A stretch of 64,000 bases of DNA from a virus, in IMG/VR virus record IMGVR_UViG_3300009183_000050, positions 32,001 through 96,000 of that record. The stretch is one strand, 5' to 3'. The notes under the pieces are model-generated. The model made no database searches, was not told where the DNA came from, and saw nothing but the letters and a program-made list of their open reading frames with translations. The first letter of the stretch is position 1; the number at the start of each line of letters is the position of its first letter. Position numbers and translations under genes: made by a program. This document shows, in pieces, positions 30,436-40,602 of the stretch.

Positions 30436-32778
30436 ATGACTCTTCCTGTTGAAATTAACCCATTATTAGCATCATCTAGCAGTTACACGATTGCTCGTAG
30501 CGTTCGTCTACGTTCATCCAATAGCGCAAATCTGACGAGAACTCCAATCACAACAAGCGGTACAGCAAATTGGACATTTAGTTGTTGGGTTAAACGCGGA
30601 ACTCTAGGTGTTTTACAGTATATATTTTCTGCCGGAGTATCATCAGTTAATCAAGCATCGTTGTTCTTTGATAGTTCTGATAGATTAAATCTATATGCAA
30701 TGGATACAAGCATACTTCGCACCAATCTTGTCACAACTCAAGTATTTCGTGACCCGTCTGCATGGTATCATATTGTTGCTGTCTATGATGAGACCAACGC
30801 AACAAGTTCTGAAAGAGCGAGATTATATGTAAACGGTCAAAGGATAACAGCACTTTCTACAGCAACATATTCGGCCGGCGGCGCCGGCACTTATATAAAT
30901 TCAGCTAATATACATATGATAGGTAGATATATAGTCACCGCAACAAATTATTTTGATGGTTATCTAGCTGAAATCAATTCTATTAGTGGTACAGCACTAA
31001 CACCATCTAGCTTTGGCTACACAGACACCAATGGTATCTGGCAATCTAAATCCTATACAGGCATATATGGAACGAATGGGTTTTACCTGAATTTCTCAGA
31101 TAACTCGGCGGCAACAGAGGCCGCTCTCGGTAAAGACAGTTCAGGTAATAGTAACAACTGGACACTGGCAAACATCTCAGTGACAGCCGGTATTACATAT
31201 GATAGTATGCTCGATAGCCCAACTGTAAACTATGCAACATGGAATCCAATTAATCATGATGCTGGAACAGGAACACCAGTAGTAGCCAGAAGCTTGACTG
31301 ATGGAAATTTAGGTCTTGCATATGATGCTACCAGCTGGTCTGGATATCGATCAACCTTTGGTATGAGAAGCGGTAAATGGTATATGGAAGTTAACTGCTC
31401 GGCAGGCGGAGGAGGTTTCAATACAGCTTTACAAATTATAGATGCCTCACAGGCTACAGGATCCGCTCTCATTGTTGGAATTTCTCCAACTGCTGGTTCA
31501 AATATATTAGCTATCGCCTTAGATGTTGATAATTCAACCTTTAGCACATATAGGAATAATACACTCATATCAAGTGGCACTATCGTACCCTCTTCGTCAT
31601 ATCCAGAATATATGTTTAGATTGACTAATGGTAATGGTGTGAATACTTTCGCAAACTTTGGCCAGCGGCCGTTTACATATACACCACCAGCAGGATATAA
31701 TGCGGTGAACAGTAGTAATCTATCTACACCAACCATTAACAATGGTGCAAGTCATATGGCGGCAAGCACATATACGGGAAATGGCACAACTCAGTCTATT
31801 GTAAACAACGGCAACAATGCAAGCTCGACCTCGATTAGACCTGACTTCGTTTGGATTAAAAATAGATCATCAGCTTTACACCATTATCTTAATGACTCTG
31901 TGCGTGGTGTGTATAAAACATTGTATTCGAGCTTAACATCTGCTGAATATGATGGAACATCATTTAATGATGGTGTTAGTGCATTTAACAACAATGGATT
32001 TACATTATTAAATGGTACAAATGTTGCTAATTATAACGCATCAGCAAACAACTATGTCGGTTGGCAATGGGTAGCAGGTCAAGGTGTAACATCGAACAAT
32101 ACATCAGGTACAGTTACCAGTACCGTCAGCGTAAACCAGTCTGCTGGGTTTAGTATTGCTACTTTCACTTCTGCAACTGGTGGCGCCAGTTCACCTAGTT
32201 CGTTTGGTCACGGATTAGGAGTCGCACCGGCTCTCGTTATTGTAAGAAGCAGAACTAATATTATGGACTGGTATGTTTATCATCAATCACTAGGTAATAC
32301 AAAAGTTTCTTACCTGAATCAAACAGCGGCGCCCGCAACAAGCTCAACATCTTGGAACAATACTAGCCCAACATCAAGCATTGTAACTTTAGGTACTACT
32401 TTTTATGATATAGGAACAGTGGTTGCGTATTGTTGGTCAGAAGTGGCCGGATATTCTAAGTTTGGTAGTTATACAGGCAACGGCGCCGCTGATGGTACTT
32501 TCGTCTATTGTGGGTTCAGACCGAGGTTTATCATGTTTAAGATTACAAGTGCCGTTGGTAACTGGTTTATACGAGACACATCTAGAGATACTTATAACGC
32601 CGCTACTCAATCATTATATCCAAGTTTGACTGATACAGAATTTACCGGCGGCGCTCTTGATATTTTGTCAAATGGATTTAAACCAAGGGCATCTACCAGT
32701 GGACTCAATGGTTCCGGTGAAACAATCATATATGCAGCATTTGCTGAAAACCCATTCAAAATTTCAAGGGCAAGATAA
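30436..32778 (+). CDS. LamG/concanavalin-A-like lectin plus SPRY-like virion protein
   Basis: 'WTFSCWVKR', 'FRDPSAWYHIV', 'FDGYLAEIN', 'GKWYMEV', 'PDFVWIKNR', 'GFRPRFIMFK'. Confidence 0.8.
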   Translation: MTLPVEINPLLASSSSYTIARSVRLRSSNSANLTRTPITTSGTANWTFSCWVKRGTLGVLQYIFSAGVSSVNQASLFFDSSDRLNLYAMDTSILRTNLVTTQVFRDPSAWYHIVAVYDETNATSSERARLYVNGQRITALSTATYSAGGAGTYINSANIHMIGRYIVTATNYFDGYLAEINSISGTALTPSSFGYTDTNGIWQSKSYTGIYGTNGFYLNFSDNSAATEAALGKDSSGNSNNWTLANISVTAGITYDSMLDSPTVNYATWNPINHDAGTGTPVVARSLTDGNLGLAYDATSWSGYRSTFGMRSGKWYMEVNCSAGGGGFNTALQIIDASQATGSALIVGISPTAGSNILAIALDVDNSTFSTYRNNTLISSGTIVPSSSYPEYMFRLTNGNGVNTFANFGQRPFTYTPPAGYNAVNSSNLSTPTINNGASHMAASTYTGNGTTQSIVNNGNNASSTSIRPDFVWIKNRSSALHHYLNDSVRGVYKTLYSSLTSAEYDGTSFNDGVSAFNNNGFTLLNGTNVANYNASANNYVGWQWVAGQGVTSNNTSGTVTSTVSVNQSAGFSIATFTSATGGASSPSSFGHGLGVAPALVIVRSRTNIMDWYVYHQSLGNTKVSYLNQTAAPATSSTSWNNTSPTSSIVTLGTTFYDIGTVVAYCWSEVAGYSKFGSYTGNGAADGTFVYCGFRPRFIMFKITSAVGNWFIRDTSRDTYNAATQSLYPSLTDTEFTGGALDILSNGFKPRASTSGLNGSGETIIYAAFAENPFKISRAR

Positions 32779-32780
32779 CA

Positions 32781-33218
32781 ATGTTTTTACTCAACGGAAC
32801 ACCTTTAGCTTTGGACACACCTTTCACAGCTAATGATATTCAATATCCAGCCAACTGGCTAAGACTCGCATCACCAGAAGAACGAGCCGTAATCGGTATC
32901 ACCGAAGCACCTGAACCAGAATACTATGATGGTATGTTCTATTGGGGTGTAAACAATCCAAAAGATTTGACTCAACTGAAAACTCAATGGATCAGTCAGA
33001 CAAACGCCTCAGCAAATGCTCGACTCTCAACGTCTGATTGGATGGTCGTTCGCAAAGCTGAAACTGGCACAAATATGCCTGTCGGTTGGTCAACATATCG
33101 TGCGGCTGTTAGAACTTATGCAAGCACCACAACAACTGCCATCTCAAACTGTGCCGATGTTGAAGCTCTTATCGCTATTATAAATAGTATAGCATGGCCT
33201 GAAACACCAGAGGGATAA
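32781..33218 (+). CDS. Tail fibre assembly chaperone-like protein
   Basis: 'YPANWLRL...LSTSDWMVVRKAE...YRAAVR...WP'. Confidence 0.65.
   Translation: MFLLNGTPLALDTPFTANDIQYPANWLRLASPEERAVIGITEAPEPEYYDGMFYWGVNNPKDLTQLKTQWISQTNASANARLSTSDWMVVRKAETGTNMPVGWSTYRAAVRTYASTTTTAISNCADVEALIAIINSIAWPETPEG
33179..33186 (+). promoter_or_regulatory. T4-type late promoter for neck genes
   Basis: TATAAATA about 40 bp upstream of gp13, inside the end of the preceding gene. Confidence 0.65.
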
Positions 33219-33223
33219 ACTAA

Positions 33224-33967
33224 ATGGCATTACCGGCTTCCAGAGAACAGATGAAAGATTGGTGCCTCAGAGACCTTGGTTTCCCTGTTATTGATATTAA
33301 CGTAGATGATGATCAGGTAGATGACCGCATCGATGAAGCATTCTCATATTTCCAACAATTCCATTTCGATGGTGTTGAACGCTGGTACTTGAAATATCAG
33401 ATCACATCTACAGATATAGCTAATCAATACATCCCTATTCCAAACAGCATCATAGGTGTTAATCGCATCTTCCCTATCGGATCTACTAACGCATCGGTCA
33501 ATATGTTTGACTTACGTTATCAGTTGCGACTACATGAACTCTATGACTTCACCTCTACCTCATATGTCAATTATGTCTTGACACAACAGCATATTCGCAC
33601 ACTTGACATGCTTTTCTCAGGTGAAACACCAATTCGTTTCAATCGCCATACAGGTAAACTTTACATCGATCAAAACTGGATCTCAGGTGTTCAGGTCGGT
33701 GAATGGATTATCATTGAAGGTTATATCATTATTGATCCAAATACTTATACAAAGGTATATGGTGATCGTATGCTTCTGAAGTATGCTACCTCATTGATCA
33801 AGAAACAATGGGGTAACAACATGAAGAAGTTCGGTGGTATGCAACTTCCGGGTGGTATCACCATGAACGGCCAGACCATCTTTGATGAAGCGGTACAAGA
33901 GATTAAAGACATTGAAGCATTGATCAGAGATACTTTCGAAGAACCTCCCCAGTTTTTGGTAGGCTAA
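33224..33967 (+). CDS. gp13: Neck protein gp13
   Basis: 'LGFPVIDINVDDDQVDDRIDEA', 'IKKQWGNNMKKFGGMQLPGGITMNG'. Confidence 0.92.
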   Translation: MALPASREQMKDWCLRDLGFPVIDINVDDDQVDDRIDEAFSYFQQFHFDGVERWYLKYQITSTDIANQYIPIPNSIIGVNRIFPIGSTNASVNMFDLRYQLRLHELYDFTSTSYVNYVLTQQHIRTLDMLFSGETPIRFNRHTGKLYIDQNWISGVQVGEWIIIEGYIIIDPNTYTKVYGDRMLLKYATSLIKKQWGNNMKKFGGMQLPGGITMNGQTIFDEAVQEIKDIEALIRDTFEEPPQFLVG

Positions 33968-33969
33968 TC

Positions 33970-34842
33970 ATGGCAGTCTCACATTATTTTAATAACTACG
34001 CCGCAAATCAGACGCCTCAGCAAAACCTGATGCAGGATGTTATTACTGAATCCATCAAGATTATGGGTCATAACATCTACTATCTTCCTAGAGAATCTTG
34101 GACGGGTGATGACACAATCTTTGGTGAGAACACAGGTTCAGCCTTCAATCGCGCATATTCAATGGAAATGTATCTAGCCAACGTAACTGGTTACGAAGGT
34201 GATGGTGACTTTTTCTCAAAGTTTGGTCTAGAAATCCGCGATACATCTAACTTCATTGTTGCGAGACCAACCTTTCAAAAGTATATGCCTACAAACATAG
34301 CAATCAGACCTAGAGAAGGTGATCTTCTTTTCGTTCCCGCTCTTCAAAAGATATGGGAAATCAAGTTCGTTGAAGAAGAATTGATGTTTTTCTCGCTTGG
34401 TCAGAGACAACCATATATCTATGAAATGCGTTGTGAATTGTTCCGTTATAGCAATGAGAACATCGATACTGGTGTGGCTGAAGTTGATCATGTTGAGCAT
34501 ACACTAGCCTATACCATTCAGTTGAATATGAACCAAGGCACAAGTAACTATTATGCAAACGAACTGGTTTATCAGGGTGCAAACTTAGCATATTCTACAG
34601 CTAAGGCTGAAGTAAAAGAATGGGATCCGCAGACAAAAATTCTATTGCTAATGAATATCAAAGGTGATTTCGCCGCGAATACCAAATTGATTGGTGAAAC
34701 GTCTAACACTAGATATAATGTAGCAGGTGTTGATACAATCGGCGACTATCTCGATTACGATATATATGATAATAGAGAGTTGCAGAATGAAGCTAACACA
34801 TTCTTAGACCTCACAGAATCTAATCCGTTTGGGCAACCGTAA
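33970..34842 (+). CDS. gp14: Neck / head-closure protein gp14
   Basis: 'ESIKIMGHNIYYLPR', 'FSKFGLEIRD', 'RPREGDLLF', 'ESNPFG'. Confidence 0.92.
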   Translation: MAVSHYFNNYAANQTPQQNLMQDVITESIKIMGHNIYYLPRESWTGDDTIFGENTGSAFNRAYSMEMYLANVTGYEGDGDFFSKFGLEIRDTSNFIVARPTFQKYMPTNIAIRPREGDLLFVPALQKIWEIKFVEEELMFFSLGQRQPYIYEMRCELFRYSNENIDTGVAEVDHVEHTLAYTIQLNMNQGTSNYYANELVYQGANLAYSTAKAEVKEWDPQTKILLLMNIKGDFAANTKLIGETSNTRYNVAGVDTIGDYLDYDIYDNRELQNEANTFLDLTESNPFGQP

Positions 34843-35843
34843 TGTTAAGTAACAGATATTTTTATTTTCAGTTGACGAGAAAGTATGTTATCCTATTCGG
34901 TAACATGTTCAATAATATCACGCTCAAACGTATAAACAGAGCAACAAATGTTGAAGTTGAACGCATCAAGATTCCTATCATCTATGCACCTAAAGAAAAG
35001 TATATTGCTCGCCTTAGGTCAGATCCAGATTTGAATCGTGAGATTCAGGTGGCTCTGCCTCGTATGTCGTTTGAACTTCAATCGTTCACATATGACCCTA
35101 CAAGAAAGCAGAACTCACTTCTAAAGAAAGCTACACCACTATCAAACTCTCAGGTATCATCTCAGTATGTCGGTGTTCCCTATGATTTGACTTTTGACTT
35201 GCATGTCTATACCAGAAACATTGATGATGGTACACACATCGTTGAGCAGATCATTCCATACTTTAATCCCGATTATACCGTAACGGGTGTCATGATTCCT
35301 GAGATGGGATTCCTCAAAGATATTCCTATCATCCTTAACTCTGTGACAAACGATATCGAACATGAAGGTAACTTCGATGCGGTTCGTTTCGTTACATGGA
35401 GACTGAACTTCACCATGAAGGTTCACTATTACGGACCTGTTCAACCAGCTAATCTCATTCGCACAAGTAAATCAAATATCTTTAATGATCCGACATTGCA
35501 AACAGGTTACGTTATTAAGATCAATACAGATAATGGTAATGGCGCAAACTTTAAAGTATTGGATACCGTATATCAAGGTAACAACTATACAACAGCCACA
35601 GCATATGGTACAGTCATTTCATGGGATAACAACAATAACAAGCTCACAATAGGTGGAGCCCAAGGTACGTTCCAGGCCAATAGCATTATCAACTCTGTAT
35701 CAGCTAATGCACAATACAAAATTAATAGTTTCGACACATCACCAATTAAACTTGTTGGTATCAATGTTACACCTAAACCTAACACAGCCATTTCAAACTC
35801 TGCTTATGGTTACGATACAACCATAACCGAGTGGCCGTTTTGA
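34842..35843 (+). CDS. gp15: Tail sheath stabilizer / terminator gp15
   Basis: 'FGNMFNNI', 'LPRMSFE', 'VPYDL', 'IVEQIIPYFNP', 'DIPIILNSV'. Confidence 0.92.
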   Translation: MLSNRYFYFQLTRKYVILFGNMFNNITLKRINRATNVEVERIKIPIIYAPKEKYIARLRSDPDLNREIQVALPRMSFELQSFTYDPTRKQNSLLKKATPLSNSQVSSQYVGVPYDLTFDLHVYTRNIDDGTHIVEQIIPYFNPDYTVTGVMIPEMGFLKDIPIILNSVTNDIEHEGNFDAVRFVTWRLNFTMKVHYYGPVQPANLIRTSKSNIFNDPTLQTGYVIKINTDNGNGANFKVLDTVYQGNNYTTATAYGTVISWDNNNNKLTIGGAQGTFQANSIINSVSANAQYKINSFDTSPIKLVGINVTPKPNTAISNSAYGYDTTITEWPF

Positions 35844-35868
35844 CTTTGAATATAAATGATGAGGTTCA

Positions 35869-36291
35869 ATGATGAGAGATAATATATTTATAGGTTATGC
35901 TGCTAATGATGGTTCAGGTGATACTCTCAGAACCGCTTTTACCAAAACTAACAATAATTTCATAGAACTATACAGTAATACACAGTATGTAAATGCAGAC
36001 TATGCTCTCAAAATTACAGATGTGAACCAGATGTTATATGTTACCGCTGCTGGCATTGGTGCAAGAATACATATTCCTAATACAGGTCAAGTGCCATTTC
36101 CAGATGGCACGATAATCAGAATCATATCAAATTCTACCGGTAATGTTGTTGTTTCACCAAATGGTAGTGTATCACTGTATAAGTCAGGTAATAGCGTTTC
36201 AACCAGTAGAAACGTGACAACTTATAGTGTAGGTACATTATACAGCCCAACGTCTAATGTGTGGTATATTGAAGGTAATAGTATTGTATAA
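35869..36291 (+). CDS. Small structural protein with gp9/gp10-like N-terminal motif
   Basis: 'IFIGYAANDGSGDTLRTAFTKTNNNFIELY'. Confidence 0.6.
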   Translation: MMRDNIFIGYAANDGSGDTLRTAFTKTNNNFIELYSNTQYVNADYALKITDVNQMLYVTAAGIGARIHIPNTGQVPFPDGTIIRIISNSTGNVVVSPNGSVSLYKSGNSVSTSRNVTTYSVGTLYSPTSNVWYIEGNSIV

Positions 36292-36716
36292 TGAAAACCC
36301 ATGACGCACTATCAGAGGCCCTAGGTATAGAACATGAGCCTGAAACACCACCTTCTGTAGTTATCGAAACAACTGTGGTTGAAGATGTTGGAACCGAGGA
36401 TCAACAGGCTGATTATGCTCTGGCCCGTAAGACATTCCGCGCTTTGATTGATAAAGGCAATAATGCTATCGAAGATTTGACCGATTTGGCTAAGCAGAGC
36501 GAAAGCCCTAGAGCCTATGAAGTCTTGTCAACTTTGATGAAAACTGTAGCAGATACAACCAAAGACCTCTATGATCTTCAGAAAAAGACGAAAGACCTAA
36601 ATAAAGAGGATAAGGTTAGACCACAAGATGAACAACGCATCAATGTAGAGAAGGCTGTCTTTATTGGATCTACCGCAGAACTATTAAAACAGGTTAAGGC
36701 TAATGAAAACATTTAA
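36291..36716 (+). CDS. gp16: Terminase small subunit gp16
   Basis: 'DYALARK...SESPRAYEVL...VFIGSTAELLK'. Confidence 0.9.
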   Translation: MKTHDALSEALGIEHEPETPPSVVIETTVVEDVGTEDQQADYALARKTFRALIDKGNNAIEDLTDLAKQSESPRAYEVLSTLMKTVADTTKDLYDLQKKTKDLNKEDKVRPQDEQRINVEKAVFIGSTAELLKQVKANENI

Positions 36717-37137
36717 ACAGTTCATGAAAGAAAGTTCTGATGAATTGACAGGATCAACTCACAGTATCATTGATGGTTTAAACCGTGGTAAAAACGCTCT
36801 CATGAATAATCAAAACCATATTCATGCTAAGATAATTGATCAAAAAAATCTTAAACCTTTAACCAAAGATGAGGCAGATGAGCATGATAGAGTTGCCGAC
36901 GAGGCTCGAAAAAAGGGTGATTATTTTTCAGGAAGCACATTCGGCAATTCAAAGAACAGATATAGTGTCGCTCATGCTATCAATCATGCTGAGTCTGTTC
37001 CTACTCATAAAATTTCCACAAAAGGTTTTGTGTCTCAGCAAGTGAATGATCATTGGCAAGGCGACATAAAAAGAGCAAAAAGAGCTATTCCATCTAAAAA
37101 TAATCCTATTCTAATCATGAAGCATACCGATGCCTAG
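36703..37137 (+). CDS. Putative internal head protein with capsid-targeting-like N-terminus
   Basis: Starts MKTFKQFMKE and overlaps both terminase genes. Confidence 0.6.
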   Translation: MKTFKQFMKESSDELTGSTHSIIDGLNRGKNALMNNQNHIHAKIIDQKNLKPLTKDEADEHDRVADEARKKGDYFSGSTFGNSKNRYSVAHAINHAESVPTHKISTKGFVSQQVNDHWQGDIKRAKRAIPSKNNPILIMKHTDA

Positions 37138-38806
37138 ATACGAAGGTTATCAAGGTAACCCTAATCTACCTAGAGAAGATTACATTCACTCATTCACTCA
37201 GTATGAGATTGATGAGTTCATTAAGTGTGCGAATGATCCTATTTACTTTGCTACCAAGTATATGAAGATTGTCAACGTCGATCACGGTTTGATACCTTTC
37301 AAGATGTGGGACTTTCAGAAAGAAATGCTCACCACATTTCATGAGAACCGCTTCTCTATCTGTAAACTACCTCGACAGGTTGGTAAGACAACAACCGCTG
37401 TAGCATTTTTGCTTCACTTCATTCTTTTTAGTGAATCTGTAAGCATCGCCATTCTCGCCAATAAGTCTAGCACTGCTCGTGAAATTCTAGGTAGACTTCA
37501 ACTTGCTTTCGAATACCTACCTAGGTTTTTACAGCAAGGTATTAAAGAATGGAATAAAGGTTCTATCGAACTTGCTAATGGGTCTAGAGCAATCGCCGAT
37601 TCAACTTCAGGTTCATCTGTCCGTGGTAGAACATTCAACGTCATCTTCCTTGACGAGTTTGCATTCGTACCGAACAACATTGCTGAAGCCTTCTTCATGT
37701 CAACCTACCCTACAATTTCTTCTGGTTCAAATACGAAGGTTATTATCGTCTCTACACCAAACGGTATGAATCTGTTCTATAGAATGTGGATGGATGCGGT
37801 CGAGAAGCGAAGCGACTATCTTCCAATCGAGATTCACTGGTCGATGGTTCCAGGCAGAACGCAAGAATGGAAAGAGCAGGTCATCAGAAACACATCCGAA
37901 GATCAGTTCCGGCAAGAGTTTGAGTGTGAGTTCATTGGTTCTACAAATACACTCATTCATCCAACTAAGATCAGAACACTGGTGTTCCAGAACCCTATCA
38001 CAAAAGAAAACTATCTAGATATCTATGAGGTGCCTCAGATTGGTAAAACCTATCTCATATCCGTAGATGTGGCTGAAGGTCAGGAGAAAGACTACTCCAC
38101 CTTCTCTGTTATAGATGTGACTCAGATACCATATAAACAAGTGGCTAAATATCGAAACAACAAGATTGCACCAATGCTCTATCCAACCGTCATCTATACA
38201 GCGGCCAGAAAGTATAATGATGCCTTTGTATTGGTTGAAATCAACAGTATCGGTATGCAAGTAGCAGACATTCTACATAATGAACTAGCCTATGAAAACT
38301 TAATCAAGATTAGAAACGCTAAAGGTAAAGTAGGTCAGCAAGTAACACCAGGTTATACCAAGCAAATGCAGTTTGGTCTAAAGCAATCGGTTCAAACCAA
38401 GAAGATCGGTTGTGCCAACTTAAAGTCGTTGATTGAAAACGATAAGTTAATCATCAATGATGCTGATACTATCATGGAACTAACTACCTTCTCAGAACAT
38501 AAGACCAGCTTTGCGGCTGAAGAAGGTAATAATGACGATCTCGTGATGACTTTGGTTAACTTCGGTTGGCTCACCTCACAAAGATACTTCAAAGAAAATC
38601 TACAAAACGATATTCGTGCGGTATTGCAACATGAGCAATTCCAGCTTATGGATCAAGACACTGTACCTTTTGGTATCATTGATAATGGTCTAAAAGACGA
38701 TATGGAGGTTGATGTTGATGGTGATCTATGGATAACAGAACGTAAAAAGTTTTGGGCTTTCGATGAGATTGAATGGGACACACTTACAAACAAACACAGG
38801 TTATGA
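37130..38806 (+). CDS. gp17: Terminase large subunit gp17
   Basis: Walker A 'PRQVGKTT', Walker B 'IFLDEFAF', 'STPNG', nuclease 'VDVAEG...DYS', 'NDDLVM'. Confidence 0.97.
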   Translation: MPRYEGYQGNPNLPREDYIHSFTQYEIDEFIKCANDPIYFATKYMKIVNVDHGLIPFKMWDFQKEMLTTFHENRFSICKLPRQVGKTTTAVAFLLHFILFSESVSIAILANKSSTAREILGRLQLAFEYLPRFLQQGIKEWNKGSIELANGSRAIADSTSGSSVRGRTFNVIFLDEFAFVPNNIAEAFFMSTYPTISSGSNTKVIIVSTPNGMNLFYRMWMDAVEKRSDYLPIEIHWSMVPGRTQEWKEQVIRNTSEDQFRQEFECEFIGSTNTLIHPTKIRTLVFQNPITKENYLDIYEVPQIGKTYLISVDVAEGQEKDYSTFSVIDVTQIPYKQVAKYRNNKIAPMLYPTVIYTAARKYNDAFVLVEINSIGMQVADILHNELAYENLIKIRNAKGKVGQQVTPGYTKQMQFGLKQSVQTKKIGCANLKSLIENDKLIINDADTIMELTTFSEHKTSFAAEEGNNDDLVMTLVNFGWLTSQRYFKENLQNDIRAVLQHEQFQLMDQDTVPFGIIDNGLKDDMEVDVDGDLWITERKKFWAFDEIEWDTLTNKHRL

Positions 38807-38883
38807 TTTGGTGACTATAAATCTTGGTTTTTCTAAATAATAATATGGAAAGTAATAAAACTTTTTCGTAAAGGAGAAATACG

Positions 38884-40602
38884 ATGGCATTCCAACTGTC
38901 AGCAGGAGTAAGCGTTTCCGAAATCGACCTAACTACAATCGTTCCAGCCGTAGGCACCACAGAAGGTGGTTTCGCTGGCAACTTTGCTTGGGGCCCAGTC
39001 GATCAGGTAATGACACTCTCAAATGAACTCGAACTGGTTGAGAGATTCGGTAAACCAGATAGCACTACATATATCTCATTCTTCACCGCCGCAAACTTTC
39101 TGTCATATGCAAGAGCATTAAGAACCGTTCGTGTTGTTGGTGCTGGAGCCACTAATGCGACCGCAAATGGCGGCGGCGTTCTAATTAAGAATAAAGATGT
39201 ATATGAAAACTTATACTTCGGTGTAGCTGCCAACACCAATAATACATATGGTGTTGCTGCCGCTCGTTATCCGGGTGAACTTGGTAATTCACTTAAAGTT
39301 GAAATCTATGGGCAATCAAATGTATCTTCAGCAACATTCGGTACTTGGGCATATAATCAAAACTTTAACGGACCTCCAGGAACATCTGATTATGTTAGGC
39401 GTGTGGCAAGTTCATCTGCAAATGATGAAATGCATATCGTTGTTCTCGATAAAAACGGAGTATTTAGTGGTACAGCTAACTCGGTTCTTGAGAGATACGG
39501 TTATGTTTCTAAAGCTCGTGATGCCATCAACGATGACGGCTCATCAAACTACTATGTTAACGTAATCAATGAGAGATCAAAATATATCTACATCATGTCA
39601 CATCCTACAACCCCATTCTATAACTGGGGTATAGCGGCCACATCAAATGCAAGTATTATGTATGACAATATTCAATATTCAAATGCTTTGGCTAACGGTG
39701 TCACAAGCGCACCTTCAAGCGCCAATCTTATCTCTGGTTTTGACAAGTTCAAGAACCCAGAAGAAATTGACGTTTCTCTGATTCTAACAGGTGATGTTGG
39801 TGCTAACTCAACCATAGCGTCATACATCATTAATAATATCTGTGAAGTTCGTAAAGATTGCGTAGCGTTCTTCTCACCAAAAGCAGTTGATGTTGTTAAC
39901 CAAACGGCTGGAACTGAAGCAAATGCGGCTATTACATTCCGTAATGCGTTCAACTCATCTTCATATGCTGTAATGGACTCAGCATGGAAGTATCAATTCG
40001 ACAAGTATAACAATGTCTATCGTTGGGTACCTCTCAACGGTGATATTGCTGGTCTATGCGCTCGTACCGACTTTGAGCGTGATCCATGGTTCTCACCAGC
40101 TGGTTTCAATCGCGGTAATATCAAGAATGCTGCCAGACTTTCTTGGAATCCAACTAAAGCTGAAAGAGATTTACTCTATAAGAATGGTATCAACCCAGTT
40201 GTAACATTCCCCGGAGAAGGTATCGTTCTCTATGGTGACAAGACTCTTCTTGCAAAACCATCTGCGTTCGATAGAATCAATGTTCGTCGCCTCTTTATCG
40301 TTCTTGAAAAGGCTATTGCTAGAGCGTCACGTTATTCGTTGTTCGAGTTCAACGATGAATTTACACGCGCTCAGTTCGTAGCCCTTGTTGAGCCGTTCTT
40401 GAGAGATGTTCAAGGTCGTCGCGGTATCTATGATTTCCGCGTAGTCTGCGATGAAACAAACAATACTCCTGAAGTTATTGACAGAAATGAGTTTGTTGGT
40501 GATATCTACATCAAGCCTGCCCGTTCTGTTAACTTCATCCAACTCAACTTTGTTGCTGTAAGAACCGGTGTTGCATTTGATGAAATTGTTGGTAAATTCT
40601 AA
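38884..40602 (+). CDS. gp18: Tail sheath protein gp18
   Basis: 'SAGVSVSEIDLT', 'WFSPAGFNRG', 'FDRINVRRLF', 'IYIKPARSVNFIQLNF'. Confidence 0.97.
   Translation: MAFQLSAGVSVSEIDLTTIVPAVGTTEGGFAGNFAWGPVDQVMTLSNELELVERFGKPDSTTYISFFTAANFLSYARALRTVRVVGAGATNATANGGGVLIKNKDVYENLYFGVAANTNNTYGVAAARYPGELGNSLKVEIYGQSNVSSATFGTWAYNQNFNGPPGTSDYVRRVASSSANDEMHIVVLDKNGVFSGTANSVLERYGYVSKARDAINDDGSSNYYVNVINERSKYIYIMSHPTTPFYNWGIAATSNASIMYDNIQYSNALANGVTSAPSSANLISGFDKFKNPEEIDVSLILTGDVGANSTIASYIINNICEVRKDCVAFFSPKAVDVVNQTAGTEANAAITFRNAFNSSSYAVMDSAWKYQFDKYNNVYRWVPLNGDIAGLCARTDFERDPWFSPAGFNRGNIKNAARLSWNPTKAERDLLYKNGINPVVTFPGEGIVLYGDKTLLAKPSAFDRINVRRLFIVLEKAIARASRYSLFEFNDEFTRAQFVALVEPFLRDVQGRRGIYDFRVVCDETNNTPEVIDRNEFVGDIYIKPARSVNFIQLNFVAVRTGVAFDEIVGKF

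Noticed and set aside
37130-38806. Possible intein or intron in the terminase, or in the portal, capsid or helicase genes
   Set aside because: The ORFs are continuous, of ordinary length, and lack Hint motifs.
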